DNA of 63,157 nt, counting the filler, from Stramenopiles sp. TOSAG23-2 (Eukaryota), in NCBI GenBank assembly GCA_900128395.1. It is 5 parts of 5 records of this genome, joined end to end, with 100 filler letters (N's around TTAATTAATTAA, not from the genome) between each part and the next. Parts side by side here need not be neighbours in the genome. Positions count along the whole stretch, not along the records: positions 1 to 28,997 come from LT649393.1; 4 more parts are not named here. One strand, written 5' to 3'. The notes under the pieces were generated by a model, which worked only from the letters and a program-made list of their open reading frames with translations, ran no database searches and was not told where the DNA came from. Position numbers and translations under genes: made by a program. Positions 11,666 through 24,076 of the stretch are shown here, piece by piece (positions within the stretch are counted from its first letter, which is position 1; every line of letters starts with the position of its first letter).

Positions 11666-14131
11666 ATGTTTGTTGTAAAACGTGGTGGTAAAAAAGAACC
11701 AGTACATTTTGATAAAATTACAAAACGTATTGAAAAATTATGCTATGGTTTAGATGAAAATTTCATTGAACCTGTATTGATTGCACAAAAAGTTGTACAA
11801 GGTGTATACCCAGGAGTAACAACGTCGGAATTGGATGAATTGGCAGCTGAAACTGCTGCGTACATGTCTACGCAACATCCAGATTTTTCCACGTTAGCTG
11901 CACGTATTTCTATGTCAAACTTGCATAAAAGTACCTCTGCAAATTTCATGGAAACTGTTGACAAGTTGCATGATTATATCCATCCAAAAACTGGTTTAAA
12001 CGCACCATTAATCGCAAATGATTGCTACGACATCATTAAAAAGAACATCGAACGCTTGGAAGCTACCATCGATTATGCTCGTGACTTCTCGTTTGATTAC
12101 TTTGGTTTCAAAACGCTAGAACGTGCATATTTGTTGAAAATAAATGGTGAAATTGTTGAAAGACCACAACATATGATTATGCGTGTTGCAGTTGGTATTC
12201 ACAAGGAAGATATCGACAGTGCTATTATCACATACGATTTGATGAGTAAAATGATGTTTACCCATGCAACGCCGACATTGTTCAATGCTGGTACCCCACG
12301 CCCACAATTGGCATCATGCTTTTTGGTTGCAATGAAAGATGATTCCATTGGAGGTATTTATGATACGTTAAAATCTTGTGCGCAAATCAGTAAATATGCT
12401 GGTGGTATTGGATTGAGTGTTCACAACATCCGTAGTACTGGAAGTTACATCCGCGGTACAAATGGCTCAAGTAATGGAATTGTCCCAATGCTGAGAGTAT
12501 TCAATGATACCGCACGTTACGTAGACCAAGGTGGCGGTAAAAGAAAAGGTTCTTTTGCTATTTACTTGGAACCATGGCATGCTGATGTCTTCGAGTTTTT
12601 AGATCTTAAAAAAAATCATGGTGATGAAAATGCACGTGCACGCGATTTGTTCTATGCAATGTGGATTCCAGATTTATTCATGAAACGTGTACAAGCAGAT
12701 GGACAATGGACATTGTTTTGCCCAAATGTTGCACGTGATTTGCATGAGACGTGGGGTGAGAAATTCGAAGCATTGTACCATCAATATGAAAAAGAAGGCA
12801 AGGGTTACAGAACCGTACGTGCACAAGAATTATGGTTTAAAATCATTGAAAGTCAAGTTGAAACAGGTACGCCATACATGTTGTACAAAGATGCATGTAA
12901 TCGTAAATCCAATCAACAAAACTTGGGAACGATTAAAAGTAGTAATTTATGCACTGAGATCATCGAATATACTGCACCTGATGAAATTGCTGTTTGTAAC
13001 TTAGCATCTATCTGCTTACCAAAAATGGTGGACATGAGCGACGAGGACAAGCCAGTTTACAATTTCCAAATGTTATTTGACATTGTAAGACAAGTCACTA
13101 TCAATTTGAATCGTGTTATTGATGTAAATTTCTACCCGGTAAAAGAAGCTGAATATTCCAACTTGAGACACAGACCAATTGGTTTAGGAGTTCAAGGTTT
13201 AGCAGATGCATTTATCATGATGCGCATGCCATTTGAAAGCCCAGCTGCATTGCAATTGAACAAAGACATCTTTGAAACGATTTACTTTGCAGCATTAAGT
13301 GCGTCATGTGAAGAGGCAAAACGTTTTGGTCCATACAAAACATACGAAGGCAGTCCAGTAAGCAAAGGAATTTTACAACCAGATATGTGGAACGTCACTC
13401 CATCCGATCGTTGGGATTGGGCAGGATTACGCGCTAATATCAAAGAACATGGTGTAAGAAACTCCTTACTAGTTGCACCAATGCCAACTGCATCTACCTC
13501 GCAAATTATGGGCAACAACGAATGTTTTGAACCATACACTTCCAATATGTACAATCGCCGTGTACTTGCCGGTGAATTTACATGTGTTAACAAACATTTA
13601 TTGAAAGATTTAATCAAATTAAATATTTGGACACCAGATGTACGTAACCAAATTATCGCTGATGGTGGATCCGTTCAAAATGTATCAAACTTGCCAAAAG
13701 AATACAAAGATTTATACAAAACGGTATGGGAAATTAGTCAAAAAACTATTTTAAATATGGCAGCTGACCGTGGTGCATATATTGATCAAAGTCAAAGTTT
13801 AAATGTACACATTGCAGCACCAAGCACTGGTAAATTAACCTCCATGCACTTTTATGCATGGAAAAAAGGTTTAAAAACCGGTATGTATTATTTACGTACA
13901 AGACCAAAGGCAGATGCAATTAAATTCACGGTTGATCAAGCTGCATTGGCAAAAACACGTAATGCAGTAGATAAAGAAAACACCGTAGGTAACCAAAAAC
14001 AAGCTATGGTAAATTCATGGAAAAAAGTTGATACGACAAAAAATATGTCATTTAACAAAGCTGATCGTGCAAAACAACAACAGGCTCAAGAACAAGATGA
14101 AGAAGATGTATGTTTGTCATGTGGTAGTTAA
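11666..14131 (+). CDS. RRM1: Ribonucleoside-diphosphate reductase large subunit (class Ia)
   Basis: N-terminal ATP cone (VVKRGG..FDKI), [50 protein letters not shown]-terminal CLSCGS. Confidence 0.98.
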   Translation: MFVVKRGGKKEPVHFDKITKRIEKLCYGLDENFIEPVLIAQKVVQGVYPGVTTSELDELAAETAAYMSTQHPDFSTLAARISMSNLHKSTSANFMETVDKLHDYIHPKTGLNAPLIANDCYDIIKKNIERLEATIDYARDFSFDYFGFKTLERAYLLKINGEIVERPQHMIMRVAVGIHKEDIDSAIITYDLMSKMMFTHATPTLFNAGTPRPQLASCFLVAMKDDSIGGIYDTLKSCAQISKYAGGIGLSVHNIRSTGSYIRGTNGSSNGIVPMLRVFNDTARYVDQGGGKRKGSFAIYLEPWHADVFEFLDLKKNHGDENARARDLFYAMWIPDLFMKRVQADGQWTLFCPNVARDLHETWGEKFEALYHQYEKEGKGYRTVRAQELWFKIIESQVETGTPYMLYKDACNRKSNQQNLGTIKSSNLCTEIIEYTAPDEIAVCNLASICLPKMVDMSDEDKPVYNFQMLFDIVRQVTINLNRVIDVNFYPVKEAEYSNLRHRPIGLGVQGLADAFIMMRMPFESPAALQLNKDIFETIYFAALSASCEEAKRFGPYKTYEGSPVSKGILQPDMWNVTPSDRWDWAGLRANIKEHGVRNSLLVAPMPTASTSQIMGNNECFEPYTSNMYNRRVLAGEFTCVNKHLLKDLIKLNIWTPDVRNQIIADGGSVQNVSNLPKEYKDLYKTVWEISQKTILNMAADRGAYIDQSQSLNVHIAAPSTGKLTSMHFYAWKKGLKTGMYYLRTRPKADAIKFTVDQAALAKTRNAVDKENTVGNQKQAMVNSWKKVDTTKNMSFNKADRAKQQQAQEQDEEDVCLSCGS

Positions 14132-14637
14132 ATGTATATTATATATATATATAAATGACTTGATGCTTGCAAAACAAACATTTTTTTTTTCGTATAGTAT
14201 ACACGTGTACATGTGAAATCATATGATATGATTACACATGTAATATACAATATTTATGTATATTACAAAAATATAAAGTTTAAAAATAAAAGAAGGATAT
14301 ATATTTACGTCGTATATATATATTTAAATAACAAATCATAGACTGTATCATAGTTGAGAGAAAGACAGTATCATACAGAGAGACGAAAACACAAATAAAA
14401 AAAATACGAATACGAAGTACGAGTAGTGCGTGGAAACATAATTTAAAAAAAAATAATTACGATATTATATATTTTGTAATATTCTCTCTAAATTGATTAA
14501 AATGTATACATAATGAGATATACATGTTGTAAAAAATACGCCGCGTATACGCGTACGCAAATGCATAATTATACGAATAGTGATATCTCTCATCTCTCTC
14601 TCTTCACCAAACTTATGCCTCTTTCTTTTCTCTCCTC

Positions 14638-16165
14638 CTATCGATTTTCAACTTCCACTTTATGTTTATATGTATTGGATAATAAATATTCTTGTGTAAA
14701 TCCATCTAGAAATTTACTTTTATCAACTTGTCTACGATTATTCATATTAATTTCACGAATTTTACGTGTTTTTTTTTGATTCGAACGTGCTTCATTCCCC
14801 TGTTGAGCGTGACGAAATAGGTGAAATTAAGTTAGAGATGATTTTTACTTTTAGTTTAGCTGAATAAAATTAACTTACTCCGAATCCCCAAATTTCAACT
14901 ACAGATGCAACGAAACTATCAGGATGATCATTTTTCTTGCTTTTCAACAGCGATCCTTGATCAAACGATAAACCAGTTGCACGACATGTACAATTATTTT
15001 TAAAATCACTGCTTAAAAATAACCGTGTATAATTTAGATCACCACCAAAGCCTATACCATGTAATGCTTTTGTATGATGATTCTTTGAACATAAATATTG
15101 AAAATTTGTATTAACTGCGCTATTTGTAATTCTTGGGGATAATACTCCAAAATTTGGTTGTATAGAAAATATAAAGCAGTTTTCATTTCCATAAAAAGTT
15201 TTGCTTTGCTGCCATTCATTGCAAGTAAAACCGCCAAAAATATTACCAAATGTATCCTGTATAACTAATAAGGTTGGGCCACTGTATCCCACTAATGAAT
15301 CAACTAAGTTCCCAAACCCAAATCCTTTGTCTGTGGTCGAAAACAATTTTTCATATTTATGCTTGCTAAAACTTAAAGATGTTGTCGCTAACAAATGAAA
15401 ATCGGTTGGCGACAATAGTTCCGAATTATCATTTTCATTTAAAGGTTTTGGAATGCGATACTGAAAATCATAACCATGTTGATGACATTTCAATATGCTT
15501 TTTGAAATATAAATTGGTAATTGCAAAACAAGCATTGGAAATTTAGTTTTTATATATTTTTCAAAATCAACCCTATCATTTGAGAAAAAATTTGTTGGCA
15601 ACTCTAATTTGTATATGTTATCATGTTGTATCTTCTTTTTATTGTTGCTCATGTTATTAACTACATTTGTAGTTGTTGTTGTTGATTCACATAAACAATA
15701 TATCATTGTATTTAATATACCATTCATGATATCAAGATTTACAGCAGTATCTTTTTCAATTATAAACATATTTAACACAGTTCTTATAAATTTTGACAAA
15801 TTTTTAATATGTAAAAAACTTTCAACAAAACGACAAAAAATAAATACTAGCTCTTCCTCTTCACCTTTTTCATTATGTTTATCACTATTATATACTTTCA
15901 TGAATTGAAACCAAAGTGCATCTTCTATCGTACGTAAACCTTTAACTTTTACATTGCAATTATGTTTTGATTTAAAAAATTGTATAAACATTGTTTTAAA
16001 TTCTTCAACACGAATAGACGGTAATTTATTACCATTATTATTATTTTTAGTAATATTATTAATAATATGTTCAAATATTTTAATAATAGATGGTAAATGT
16101 TTTAATTTTCCTTTTAAATGTTTTTCTCTTTCTTCTTTTTGTTTTTGCGACGATTTATTCCCCAT
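14638..16165 (-). CDS. TLDc-domain protein, N-myristoylation motif; two exons (16165-14879, 14799-14638)
   Basis: MGNKSS start; TLDc motifs LFSTTDKGFGF, YSGPTLLVI, IFGGF, FYGNENCFIFSI, GIGFGG, VEIWGFG. Splicing adds GNEARSNQ...VDKSKFLDGFTQEYLL...ENR*. Confidence 0.88.
14800..14878 (-). other. 79-nt GT-AG spliceosomal intron
   Basis: Minus strand GTAAGT donor, CTAAC branch-like motif, CAACAG acceptor; removal restores an in-frame 53-codon terminal exon. Confidence 0.85.
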
Positions 16166-16950
16166 GTTCTTTGAGTACTATATCTAATCAATGAATATGA
16201 TGAAACAACAATCTATTTCCTTCATTTGGTTTTTTTTCTTCTTATAATTGACATAAGAATAAGTCTACAATGTGATTTACGACAATATCTATACATCTAT
16301 ACTACTTTTTTTAATATATGTGATGCGAGAAAATATGAATGTGATGATTTTTATTTAAAAAAAAAACAACTGCTGAGAAGAATACTACTTTAAATTCGGA
16401 AATTTGTCTAGGACTTGTGACCTTCTTCTGCAATTCTGGCTATCCAGACAAGTCTGAAGGTTAGTTTACTATAACGTTTACATCACTCACTATTTTCTTG
16501 ATATGAAATCTGGACATTTAAGTATAAATAAAAACCGTGCGCCTAATCCCAGTCATTTAAGGACTAGCTCGCTATAGCTAAATTCCCCAGTCGGTGCTGT
16601 CCAGCTGCCGCCTAAATAACCTACCAGGTACAGTAAACCTTATAAAAATTAACTAAAATAATAAGAAGTTTAATATAATAAAATAAAAATAGATGTGCAG
16701 TGCATGTGATGATGATAGAAAAATATGAATAGAAAAAAAATATCAAAAAATAAATCAGACGGATTATATAAGTCACGTTATAGATAAACATTGTTGCGTT
16801 CAGATTTAGAATCGTATTGTAACCATAAATAATATTGTAAATTGTTCAATATTTTTACTTATAGTATTATATAAGAATTTCTTTTTTCCTCATCATCATT
16901 ATTATTAGTTTTGTTATATGTATATATAAATAAATATTAAATTAATAAAT

Positions 16951-17370
16951 ATGTCAACTCACACGGCAATCATCACTCACGCAGTAAAAAAAATTGTAAA
17001 TCAACTTTATCATATAAACAGAAAATTGTTAGAGAAAGAAAAGAAAAAGAAACACCATAGTAAAAATACAACAATATGCATAGATTGTTTGCCGAAATCT
17101 GAGACGAAAACTGTATATTTATCAGCTGCATTATTACTTGCAATTGTATTTTTGTCATTATATTTATTAGTCCGGCGTTTGTATTTTGGAAAAATATGGA
17201 AGAAACGACCAACACAATCCGTTGACTATGCATTTTTGCCCGCCACAGATTCAGAGCGTGAAGGTAGTACTCGTGAACGTGGCCAATCTGATTCTGCTAA
17301 TTCTGAAATGTCATATAATAGTTCAATAGCTTCACATGATATAAGTTATTATGAATACAATAATGAATAA
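16951..17370 (+). CDS. Small single-pass membrane protein
   Basis: 139 aa; one hydrophobic segment VYLSAALLLAIVFLSLYLLV followed by RR and a Ser-rich tail. Confidence 0.6.
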   Translation: MSTHTAIITHAVKKIVNQLYHINRKLLEKEKKKKHHSKNTTICIDCLPKSETKTVYLSAALLLAIVFLSLYLLVRRLYFGKIWKKRPTQSVDYAFLPATDSEREGSTRERGQSDSANSEMSYNSSIASHDISYYEYNNE

Positions 17371-17675
17371 CAAAGAACGAATTAATTTAATTATTGATAA
17401 TTTTAATTAGATGGTAATATCATAGAGTGGTGATGCAGAGAGCATATTTAAATATATATATATATATTATGATATGCATATGCATTTATCTTTTAAAAGT
17501 GTGTTAGTGAATGAATGACCAACAGACGAGATATTTAGACAGACAAGAATGCTAGAATCTGCTGGGGAGGATATAATTATTTATAAATAATAAATTTTAA
17601 AATAACCTTATTCGTATTATATAACTATATGAGTATGTATTTTATTTTATATATAATATATTTTTACACATTTTT

Positions 17676-18806
17676 TTAAACCCCATTATCGCTTAATACA
17701 AACAACTCTTCTTCTTTCTCCTTCTCATCATCATTAATTTTCTCGATATCCTTATTATATTTTGATAATTCTTTCTCCACACCATATTTATTTTTTACTT
17801 TAGACCTCCATTTGATTTTCTTTGGAGATATTTTGATCCAACGTTTTGGAGACGATTTTACATTATTTTCATCATCGTATGCAATTTTAACACCATCACC
17901 AAAACATTGACGATCGATAATAGTAGCATCTCGCCATTCATACAAGTTTCGATACCTATCATGCGAATTGAAATCATGCCTGAAGCTTACTTTCATGCCA
18001 ACTTGTCCTTTTGTCGGAGACTCTCCCTCTTCAACATATTCTACAATAACTTTCTCTTTTTTCACACAACACAGCTTATAAAAATATCGTTTGCATTCCA
18101 TACAGAGAAATGTAAGCAATGTAATAAAGGATTGCATATATGAAAATAAATATATGCGAATGAATGCTATATATATTGCAAACCTAATATTATTACAACA
18201 CGTTTTGCATTTTTTCAATTTAGTGTCTTGATCTTCATAGTCGGCATCTTCTTCCAAAGCAGCTTTATACAAGTTTTGATTTAAATATCCAAAATATAAG
18301 AAATGTAGACTGCCATTATCAAAATGCAGTTGGAATTTCTTTATTAATTTTGGCGCAAACGTTGTACATGCATATATAACCATGAAAATAGTTATACTTA
18401 TGAAGGCCCCTACTAATTCTTTATTGTTTGTTAACAAGGCCATAATAGTAATCAAAAATGCACAGGCATACGCAGTTATTCCTAAAAAACGATTGGCATA
18501 AAAATCATACTGAAATTTTGTCAATGTATCATATATTTTAGCAACAATATCTGTGGAAAATGTCTTTAGACATTTGTAACAAATTTGAACATACTTAGAT
18601 TTTCCCTTAATTTTTGTAAACAATTTATTCTGCAAGAAGGGAGATGCATGCCAAAATAATTTCGATTGTATTTGTATAAATTCTAAATGTAAAGAATATT
18701 TCAGCCATAATTTCATTCCGAGTCTATGCATATATAAATCTTTATATTCTTTTTTTGATTTAAAATATTTTTCAAAACCAATAGCTACTTGAGAGGGATC
18801 ATACAT
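17676..18806 (-). CDS. Hypothetical multi-pass membrane protein
   Basis: 376-aa ORF with 2-3 hydrophobic segments and a possible Tudor/agenet-like C-terminal segment (WRDATIID..VKIAYD..RWI). Confidence 0.65.
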   Translation of the reverse strand: MYDPSQVAIGFEKYFKSKKEYKDLYMHRLGMKLWLKYSLHLEFIQIQSKLFWHASPFLQNKLFTKIKGKSKYVQICYKCLKTFSTDIVAKIYDTLTKFQYDFYANRFLGITAYACAFLITIMALLTNNKELVGAFISITIFMVIYACTTFAPKLIKKFQLHFDNGSLHFLYFGYLNQNLYKAALEEDADYEDQDTKLKKCKTCCNNIRFAIYIAFIRIYLFSYMQSFITLLTFLCMECKRYFYKLCCVKKEKVIVEYVEEGESPTKGQVGMKVSFRHDFNSHDRYRNLYEWRDATIIDRQCFGDGVKIAYDDENNVKSSPKRWIKISPKKIKWRSKVKNKYGVEKELSKYNKDIEKINDDEKEKEEELFVLSDNGV

Positions 18807-19484
18807 TGGAAGTGTTTGAAGGATGGTTGTAAATTTAATATAGTTTGGCTTAATGGAAGCACATTTTGGTAAACGTAGTAATCACAGGAAAAGCATTGCA
18901 ATGGATGTGATTAGGAGCTTTTAAAATTTTCAAAAAAAAGTAATTTAAAACTCTCACGTACGGGATTCGTATATTTTTATATTTTAATAATGATGCATTT
19001 ACATTTCTACTAATTTTATACGTTCGTATTAAAATACTTCTCGGTATGTACACAAAAAATTTTAAATGTTATACGTGTTGTGTTGGCAGATTGGACTCTG
19101 TGAAATTTACAGCGGGCACCAGCAGAGCAGGCCCAGCGGGCCAGCAGGCCGCTACATACATATTAATCAATCATCACTCAATTCATCAATCCAGCATATT
19201 AAAATAGCACCATACAGTACAGTAAGCAATCATCACCAATTACAAAATGCAACCAATCACATTTACATTAATATTATTACAATTAACAAGAATAAAAAAA
19301 AACAATTTAATACAATGAAAGCATGCAAAGCAAAGGCAATCCCAGGCAAGCTGGCAAGGAAATCAAGATAGAGCTCTTTTCTTATACCAATTGGAGAGAT
19401 TTATTATTTCTCTTTCAGGTTTCTTTATTATTATATTATTCTGCGTACATTTCATTTATTACTTTGATTATTACAGATAAATAA

Positions 19485-21062
19485 ATGGAAGTTTTACATA
19501 ATAATTATGTATTATTATTATTATCTATATACGTTATAATGACAATAATAATATGTTGTTGCAATAATGCAGTAAATGCAGTGGTGCCACCTGAACTATA
19601 TACTAATTTTGGTATTGCATCTTCAAGTTTAGCTGATACATTTACAGCGACTTCAAATGTTATATTAGATGACACTAATATTAGATTGAATGAACAATCT
19701 ATAAAGTTTGATTTATTGTGGAGTGCAATTGGTAGAGCTTGCCCACCAAATGTATTTTCAAATGACCCTGTAAATATGAAATTATTAGAAAAATATGTTC
19801 GCACAAGCGGTTGCTTAGCAACAACATTTTTTGATTCACATGAAAAATATTTTAGTCATAATAATAATATCATACCAGAAAATCAAAAAGATGGCGTTAT
19901 AAAAATTGTTTTCTATAATAATAATAACAATAATGGAAATCAACCAAAGATTAATCATAATAACAATAATAATAATAATAATGAAGAAACATATTTTAAT
20001 TTATTTGATAAGACGTTATCGTTGCCATACGATGTTTTATATTATGTATTAATTGGTAATATACATGATTTGAACACTCATAGTGGTGATTGGACAATCC
20101 GATCGAAATTTCTTGTTGATAAAAGAACAACAGATGGTTTAAAATATTTTGTTTTTGAAGATATATCAGATTTGAAACGAGAATTTGTAATTCCTTTAAT
20201 TAGGCATGATCCAGGACAGACGGAATATTATGAACATAAAGGATACATCAATTACCAAAATGAAAGTGACTATAAGTACACGTTACATAAAGTATGCGAA
20301 AAGATGAATAATGTAGATAAATGTGAATGGAGTGATGTTGAAAAAGTGTTCAGCAATGATTTAACTATTTTCAATAAGCTTTTTTTAGCTACACAATATT
20401 ACAGAAAAGCAATATTAACAAAAAGGCAAAAATGTGAAAGTATTTTATCAAAAAATTATTTTGAAATGATTCAAGTTGATGGTGATATACAAGAACATAT
20501 TACTATGCTACGAACATTAAGTGGTAGTGTAAATCATATAACGGAATTTGGCATACGTTCTGGTGTCTCCACTTTAAGTTGGTTTTTAGGTGGTGCAAAT
20601 ACAGTAGTTGGGTATGATTTGAAACTATTACCATCCTTGAATAAAATTATCAATTTGACAAAAACATGCAATCGACAATTGATTTTAAATGAAGGCGATA
20701 CCGCCAAAGTGACGATTGATCCTACTGACTTGTTATTTATAGATTCATTGCATACAGGTGAACATTTGCGTAAAGAATTATTCCGACACCATTTAAAAGT
20801 GAATAAATATATTGTATTGCATGATACGGAAAGTTGTGGAAATGCAATTCCAAATAATGATTATGCATGGAAAACGTTTTGTCTTGGCGGTGCAAATTTA
20901 AATCATACCGAAGGGTTAAGACCAGTTGTTGATGAATTTTTAATGAAAGCAAATGGGGATTGGATTATTAATTTTGAAAAGTTTAACAACAATGGATTAA
21001 TGATGTTGGAACGTATAGGTAATACTTCTGTATTTGGATATGGCGATTTGAAAAAGAAATGA
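19485..21062 (+). CDS. Secreted or membrane-anchored class I SAM-dependent methyltransferase (Methyltransf_24-like)
   Basis: N-terminal hydrophobic signal; C-terminal DIQEH, ITEFGIRSGVST, DLLFIDSLH, YIVLHDT, NNNGL motifs. Confidence 0.75.
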   Translation: MEVLHNNYVLLLLSIYVIMTIIICCCNNAVNAVVPPELYTNFGIASSSLADTFTATSNVILDDTNIRLNEQSIKFDLLWSAIGRACPPNVFSNDPVNMKLLEKYVRTSGCLATTFFDSHEKYFSHNNNIIPENQKDGVIKIVFYNNNNNNGNQPKINHNNNNNNNNEETYFNLFDKTLSLPYDVLYYVLIGNIHDLNTHSGDWTIRSKFLVDKRTTDGLKYFVFEDISDLKREFVIPLIRHDPGQTEYYEHKGYINYQNESDYKYTLHKVCEKMNNVDKCEWSDVEKVFSNDLTIFNKLFLATQYYRKAILTKRQKCESILSKNYFEMIQVDGDIQEHITMLRTLSGSVNHITEFGIRSGVSTLSWFLGGANTVVGYDLKLLPSLNKIINLTKTCNRQLILNEGDTAKVTIDPTDLLFIDSLHTGEHLRKELFRHHLKVNKYIVLHDTESCGNAIPNNDYAWKTFCLGGANLNHTEGLRPVVDEFLMKANGDWIINFEKFNNNGLMMLERIGNTSVFGYGDLKKK

Positions 21063-21152
21063 AATGGAAGACAGACACACACATATGTTATTATATACTT
21101 CGTACATTAAATATATTTTTTTTATAATGTATATGTATAATATGATACACCT

Positions 21153-23729
21153 TTAATCCATAATAATCTCTTCAAACTGATCGTCTTTATCTTCTTCTTC
21201 CTCCTCCTCCTCCATCGCAACCACTTCGTTATGCCCTACTTCATTATCTTCTGTCATTAACTTCCTATTTTTTTCATCATCGATATCATCACTATCAACA
21301 ATAATTGTACTATTAGTATCGCTTTTCATCTTTATATTATTACTGTTTTTACTTTTGACAGTACTAACATTTGTATCTCCAATACTTGATGTACCATCTA
21401 ATATAGTATCATCATCTTTATACATATTTGATTGTGGATCAAAAAATAAATTTACTCGACCTAATGAACCATCAAAACGATTTTTTTTTACATCTAAAAA
21501 TTTTTCCTCTTTCATACGTTGTAATATTAAAACATTATCAGCTTCTTGTGTTGCCTTTGCAGCACCAAATATAGAGCTCATATTTAACAATGTATCGTCA
21601 TCCTCTTTCCTTGGATGTATGACTAATGTGATATGGACATTATTTGCAGTTGCAAATTTTCTAAACTTTTCCAATGCATTTTCTTGCGCTTCAAATTTGC
21701 CAAAATTATTCCGGCTATTGTTTCCTTGACCACTTAACATAAATTGCAAATTATCTAAAATAACATGTTCTACATCATATGCATACACAGCATATTCCAT
21801 GGCATCTAATACTTCATCCACTTCAGTGCTGCCATAAAATCTCATGAAATACAATGGTAAATTTTCAAACCGCTCTGCTGCAGCATCAAAATGTTCCTGT
21901 GGCAATCCATCTAGTTCATATCCAACTAATTGTGTTAACATTTTCTTAATTAAACGAGTATTTTTAATTTCAAAGCTTCCCCATAATGTATTTGTATTAT
22001 CTTGGCATAAATCAATGGACATTTGGCTTAATAATGTTGTTTTACCACTACCAGTGCTTCCAGTCAATACCGTCAATTCACCAGGCCGATGCCCTTTAAT
22101 AATACGATTCAATGCTGGCAACGTTTGAAATTGTTTACCGACTACTTGATCTGGATTTTGTAATTCATTTCGAATTTCTTGCCTTAATTCATGAAAAGTT
22201 AAAATTTCTTTATGTGGTATTGGTTTTGCATTTTCAATCAATTTTCGCAAATCTAAGCCTTGCCTTAATGCATCATTTGCATCTTTTGGAGAATCATGAT
22301 CGTTAACAAGTACGCAACGACTTTCACCTAATTTTTTAGCAAACTTTTCTGCCCCTTCACGTCCAGGTAAATCATTGTCCATCCATAAATAAACTTTCTC
22401 AAACCGTTCTAATAAGGGTAAGATTTCAACTGGCAAAGATTGACATCCATTTGGCAATGAAACTGCTGGTACACCAGTTGCTTGGTAGACAGCCATTGCA
22501 TCATATTCACCCTCTGTTAAAACAATCGAACGTGCTTGATCTGGAACCGTGTGCCAACCAAATAACCCCCAGCCACCACCAGCTGGTAATAAGCGTTGCA
22601 TATGTTTATGATCTAACCCTCTCGCTTTAATACGTGTAAATTCTAATTTTGATCCACCTTTACCACTACCATCAGCACTTTTATATTCACCAACATTTTT
22701 TATCCATGGAAATGTTACACATGTATATTTTTTCCATAATGATTTTGTATTCTTACTATTATTATTATTGTCATTGTTGTCAACTTTATAATCTGGATCA
22801 GGAAAATTAAAATGAGCTGCTCCAACGCAATATTCGCGTAAAACATCTACATTTATACCACGTTCTTTTGTTAAATAATTCAATACTTCTGGATGTTGAT
22901 TGTTTTCTATTAAATTAATAGTATATTGACTAACTTCTTCTTGATTTGGTAATTTTTTTTGCTGATCATTTATAGGTACATTTGGACCAGAAAACAATGG
23001 GCCAGAATGTTGATTGTTGTTTTTTCTGTAATTGTTACTATTATTATTATTATTATTACTGTTGTTGTTGTAATTGCCATATCTTCGATTGTTGTTGTTG
23101 TTACTATTTTTTTGTCCTCCGCCGCCACCACCACTGGTAATACCTAATTTGGATTTAAAATCAAACCATGAACCTTTTGAACCACAACGATGGCAAAAAT
23201 ATGCACCATCACCACGTTTTATATATAATTTCCATAAATTGTCCATTTTTCCTTTTGTTGGTGAACAAAACGGGCAATTACAAGCAATGATGTGGTCGGA
23301 AGTCGTTTTTGAATTAATATTTTGTCGTTTCAATACATTCACAATATCTGAATCTTTGACTTCATAATATGAAGATACAAACGTGCCACTATTATTATTG
23401 TAATTATTATTATTTCTGTTCTTGTTGTAGTAACTATTATTATTATTATTATTGTTGTTGTTATTATTTCTATAAGCTGCAGAAGAAAAGAAACATTTTG
23501 TTTGAAATGAAACAATATTACTAATTAAACTAGGAGTTGTTTTTAATTTATTATGATTCTTAAAATATGCTTTGTTGTTGTCATTGTTGGTGTTGTTAGA
23601 TATGTAATGATATTGTGCTAATAATATCTTTGCATTATTATTATAATTGTTAATATTATGAGATATTCTTTTTGTATACTTATTTGTCGTTGCAAAACGA
23701 TTGGACTTGAATATTACACGTTTAAACAT
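21153..23729 (-). CDS. TWNK: Twinkle mitochondrial primase-helicase
   Basis: Presequence, zinc finger CPFC...CHRC, TOPRIM EGEYDA / DND / KDAND, Walker A GSTGSGKTT, ILDNLQF, VIHPRK, KATQEADNV, KNRFDG. Confidence 0.95.
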   Translation of the reverse strand: MFKRVIFKSNRFATTNKYTKRISHNINNYNNNAKILLAQYHYISNNTNNDNNKAYFKNHNKLKTTPSLISNIVSFQTKCFFSSAAYRNNNNNNNNNNNSYYNKNRNNNNYNNNSGTFVSSYYEVKDSDIVNVLKRQNINSKTTSDHIIACNCPFCSPTKGKMDNLWKLYIKRGDGAYFCHRCGSKGSWFDFKSKLGITSGGGGGGQKNSNNNNNRRYGNYNNNSNNNNNNSNNYRKNNNQHSGPLFSGPNVPINDQQKKLPNQEEVSQYTINLIENNQHPEVLNYLTKERGINVDVLREYCVGAAHFNFPDPDYKVDNNDNNNNSKNTKSLWKKYTCVTFPWIKNVGEYKSADGSGKGGSKLEFTRIKARGLDHKHMQRLLPAGGGWGLFGWHTVPDQARSIVLTEGEYDAMAVYQATGVPAVSLPNGCQSLPVEILPLLERFEKVYLWMDNDLPGREGAEKFAKKLGESRCVLVNDHDSPKDANDALRQGLDLRKLIENAKPIPHKEILTFHELRQEIRNELQNPDQVVGKQFQTLPALNRIIKGHRPGELTVLTGSTGSGKTTLLSQMSIDLCQDNTNTLWGSFEIKNTRLIKKMLTQLVGYELDGLPQEHFDAAAERFENLPLYFMRFYGSTEVDEVLDAMEYAVYAYDVEHVILDNLQFMLSGQGNNSRNNFGKFEAQENALEKFRKFATANNVHITLVIHPRKEDDDTLLNMSSIFGAAKATQEADNVLILQRMKEEKFLDVKKNRFDGSLGRVNLFFDPQSNMYKDDDTILDGTSSIGDTNVSTVKSKNSNNIKMKSDTNSTIIVDSDDIDDEKNRKLMTEDNEVGHNEVVAMEEEEEEEDKDDQFEEIIMD

Positions 23730-23971
23730 GTTTTCTATATTGTACTCTTTATTCTCAATAATTGTTTTTGGATGTATATCTGTACATATATCATCTTTCC
23801 CCCGGTTTTAATAAATTTATTTCCATGTGCCCATGTGTGTATTTATGTTTAATATCTATTAATATATATAAAAATGAGCAAATAATATAATGTAAATGGT
23901 TGGTGTGTTTTGTATGTTGTTGATTCGCATTCCTTGTTTATAATTTAATCGGATCTTTTTTCACTTTTTAC

Positions 23972-24076
23972 GCATTAGCATGGACACAGCACTAAATAAA
24001 ATCAATGCTATCTCCATACAAAAGCATTAGCATCGACACAGCACAAAAATAAAATCAATGCTATCTCCATACAAAA
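23972..24076. repeat. Tandem duplication of a ~52-bp unit
   Basis: GCATTAGCAT(G/C)GACACAGCAC..AAATAAAATCAATGCTATCTCCATACAAAA starting at 23972 and 24024. Confidence 0.9.

Noticed and set aside
18806..18896. In-frame ATG-CTT-TTC-CTG-TGA upstream of the 17676-18806 ORF suggesting TGA readthrough or selenocysteine
   Set aside because: Only four codons precede the TGA, there is no redox motif or evident SECIS, and other genes use TGA as a stop.
11666..23729. RNR, primase-helicase and methyltransferase as an endogenous giant virus or phage replication module
   Set aside because: RRM1 is a canonical eukaryotic type, Twinkle has a mitochondrial presequence, an intron-containing host gene lies between them, and no capsid, packaging ATPase or polB gene is present.
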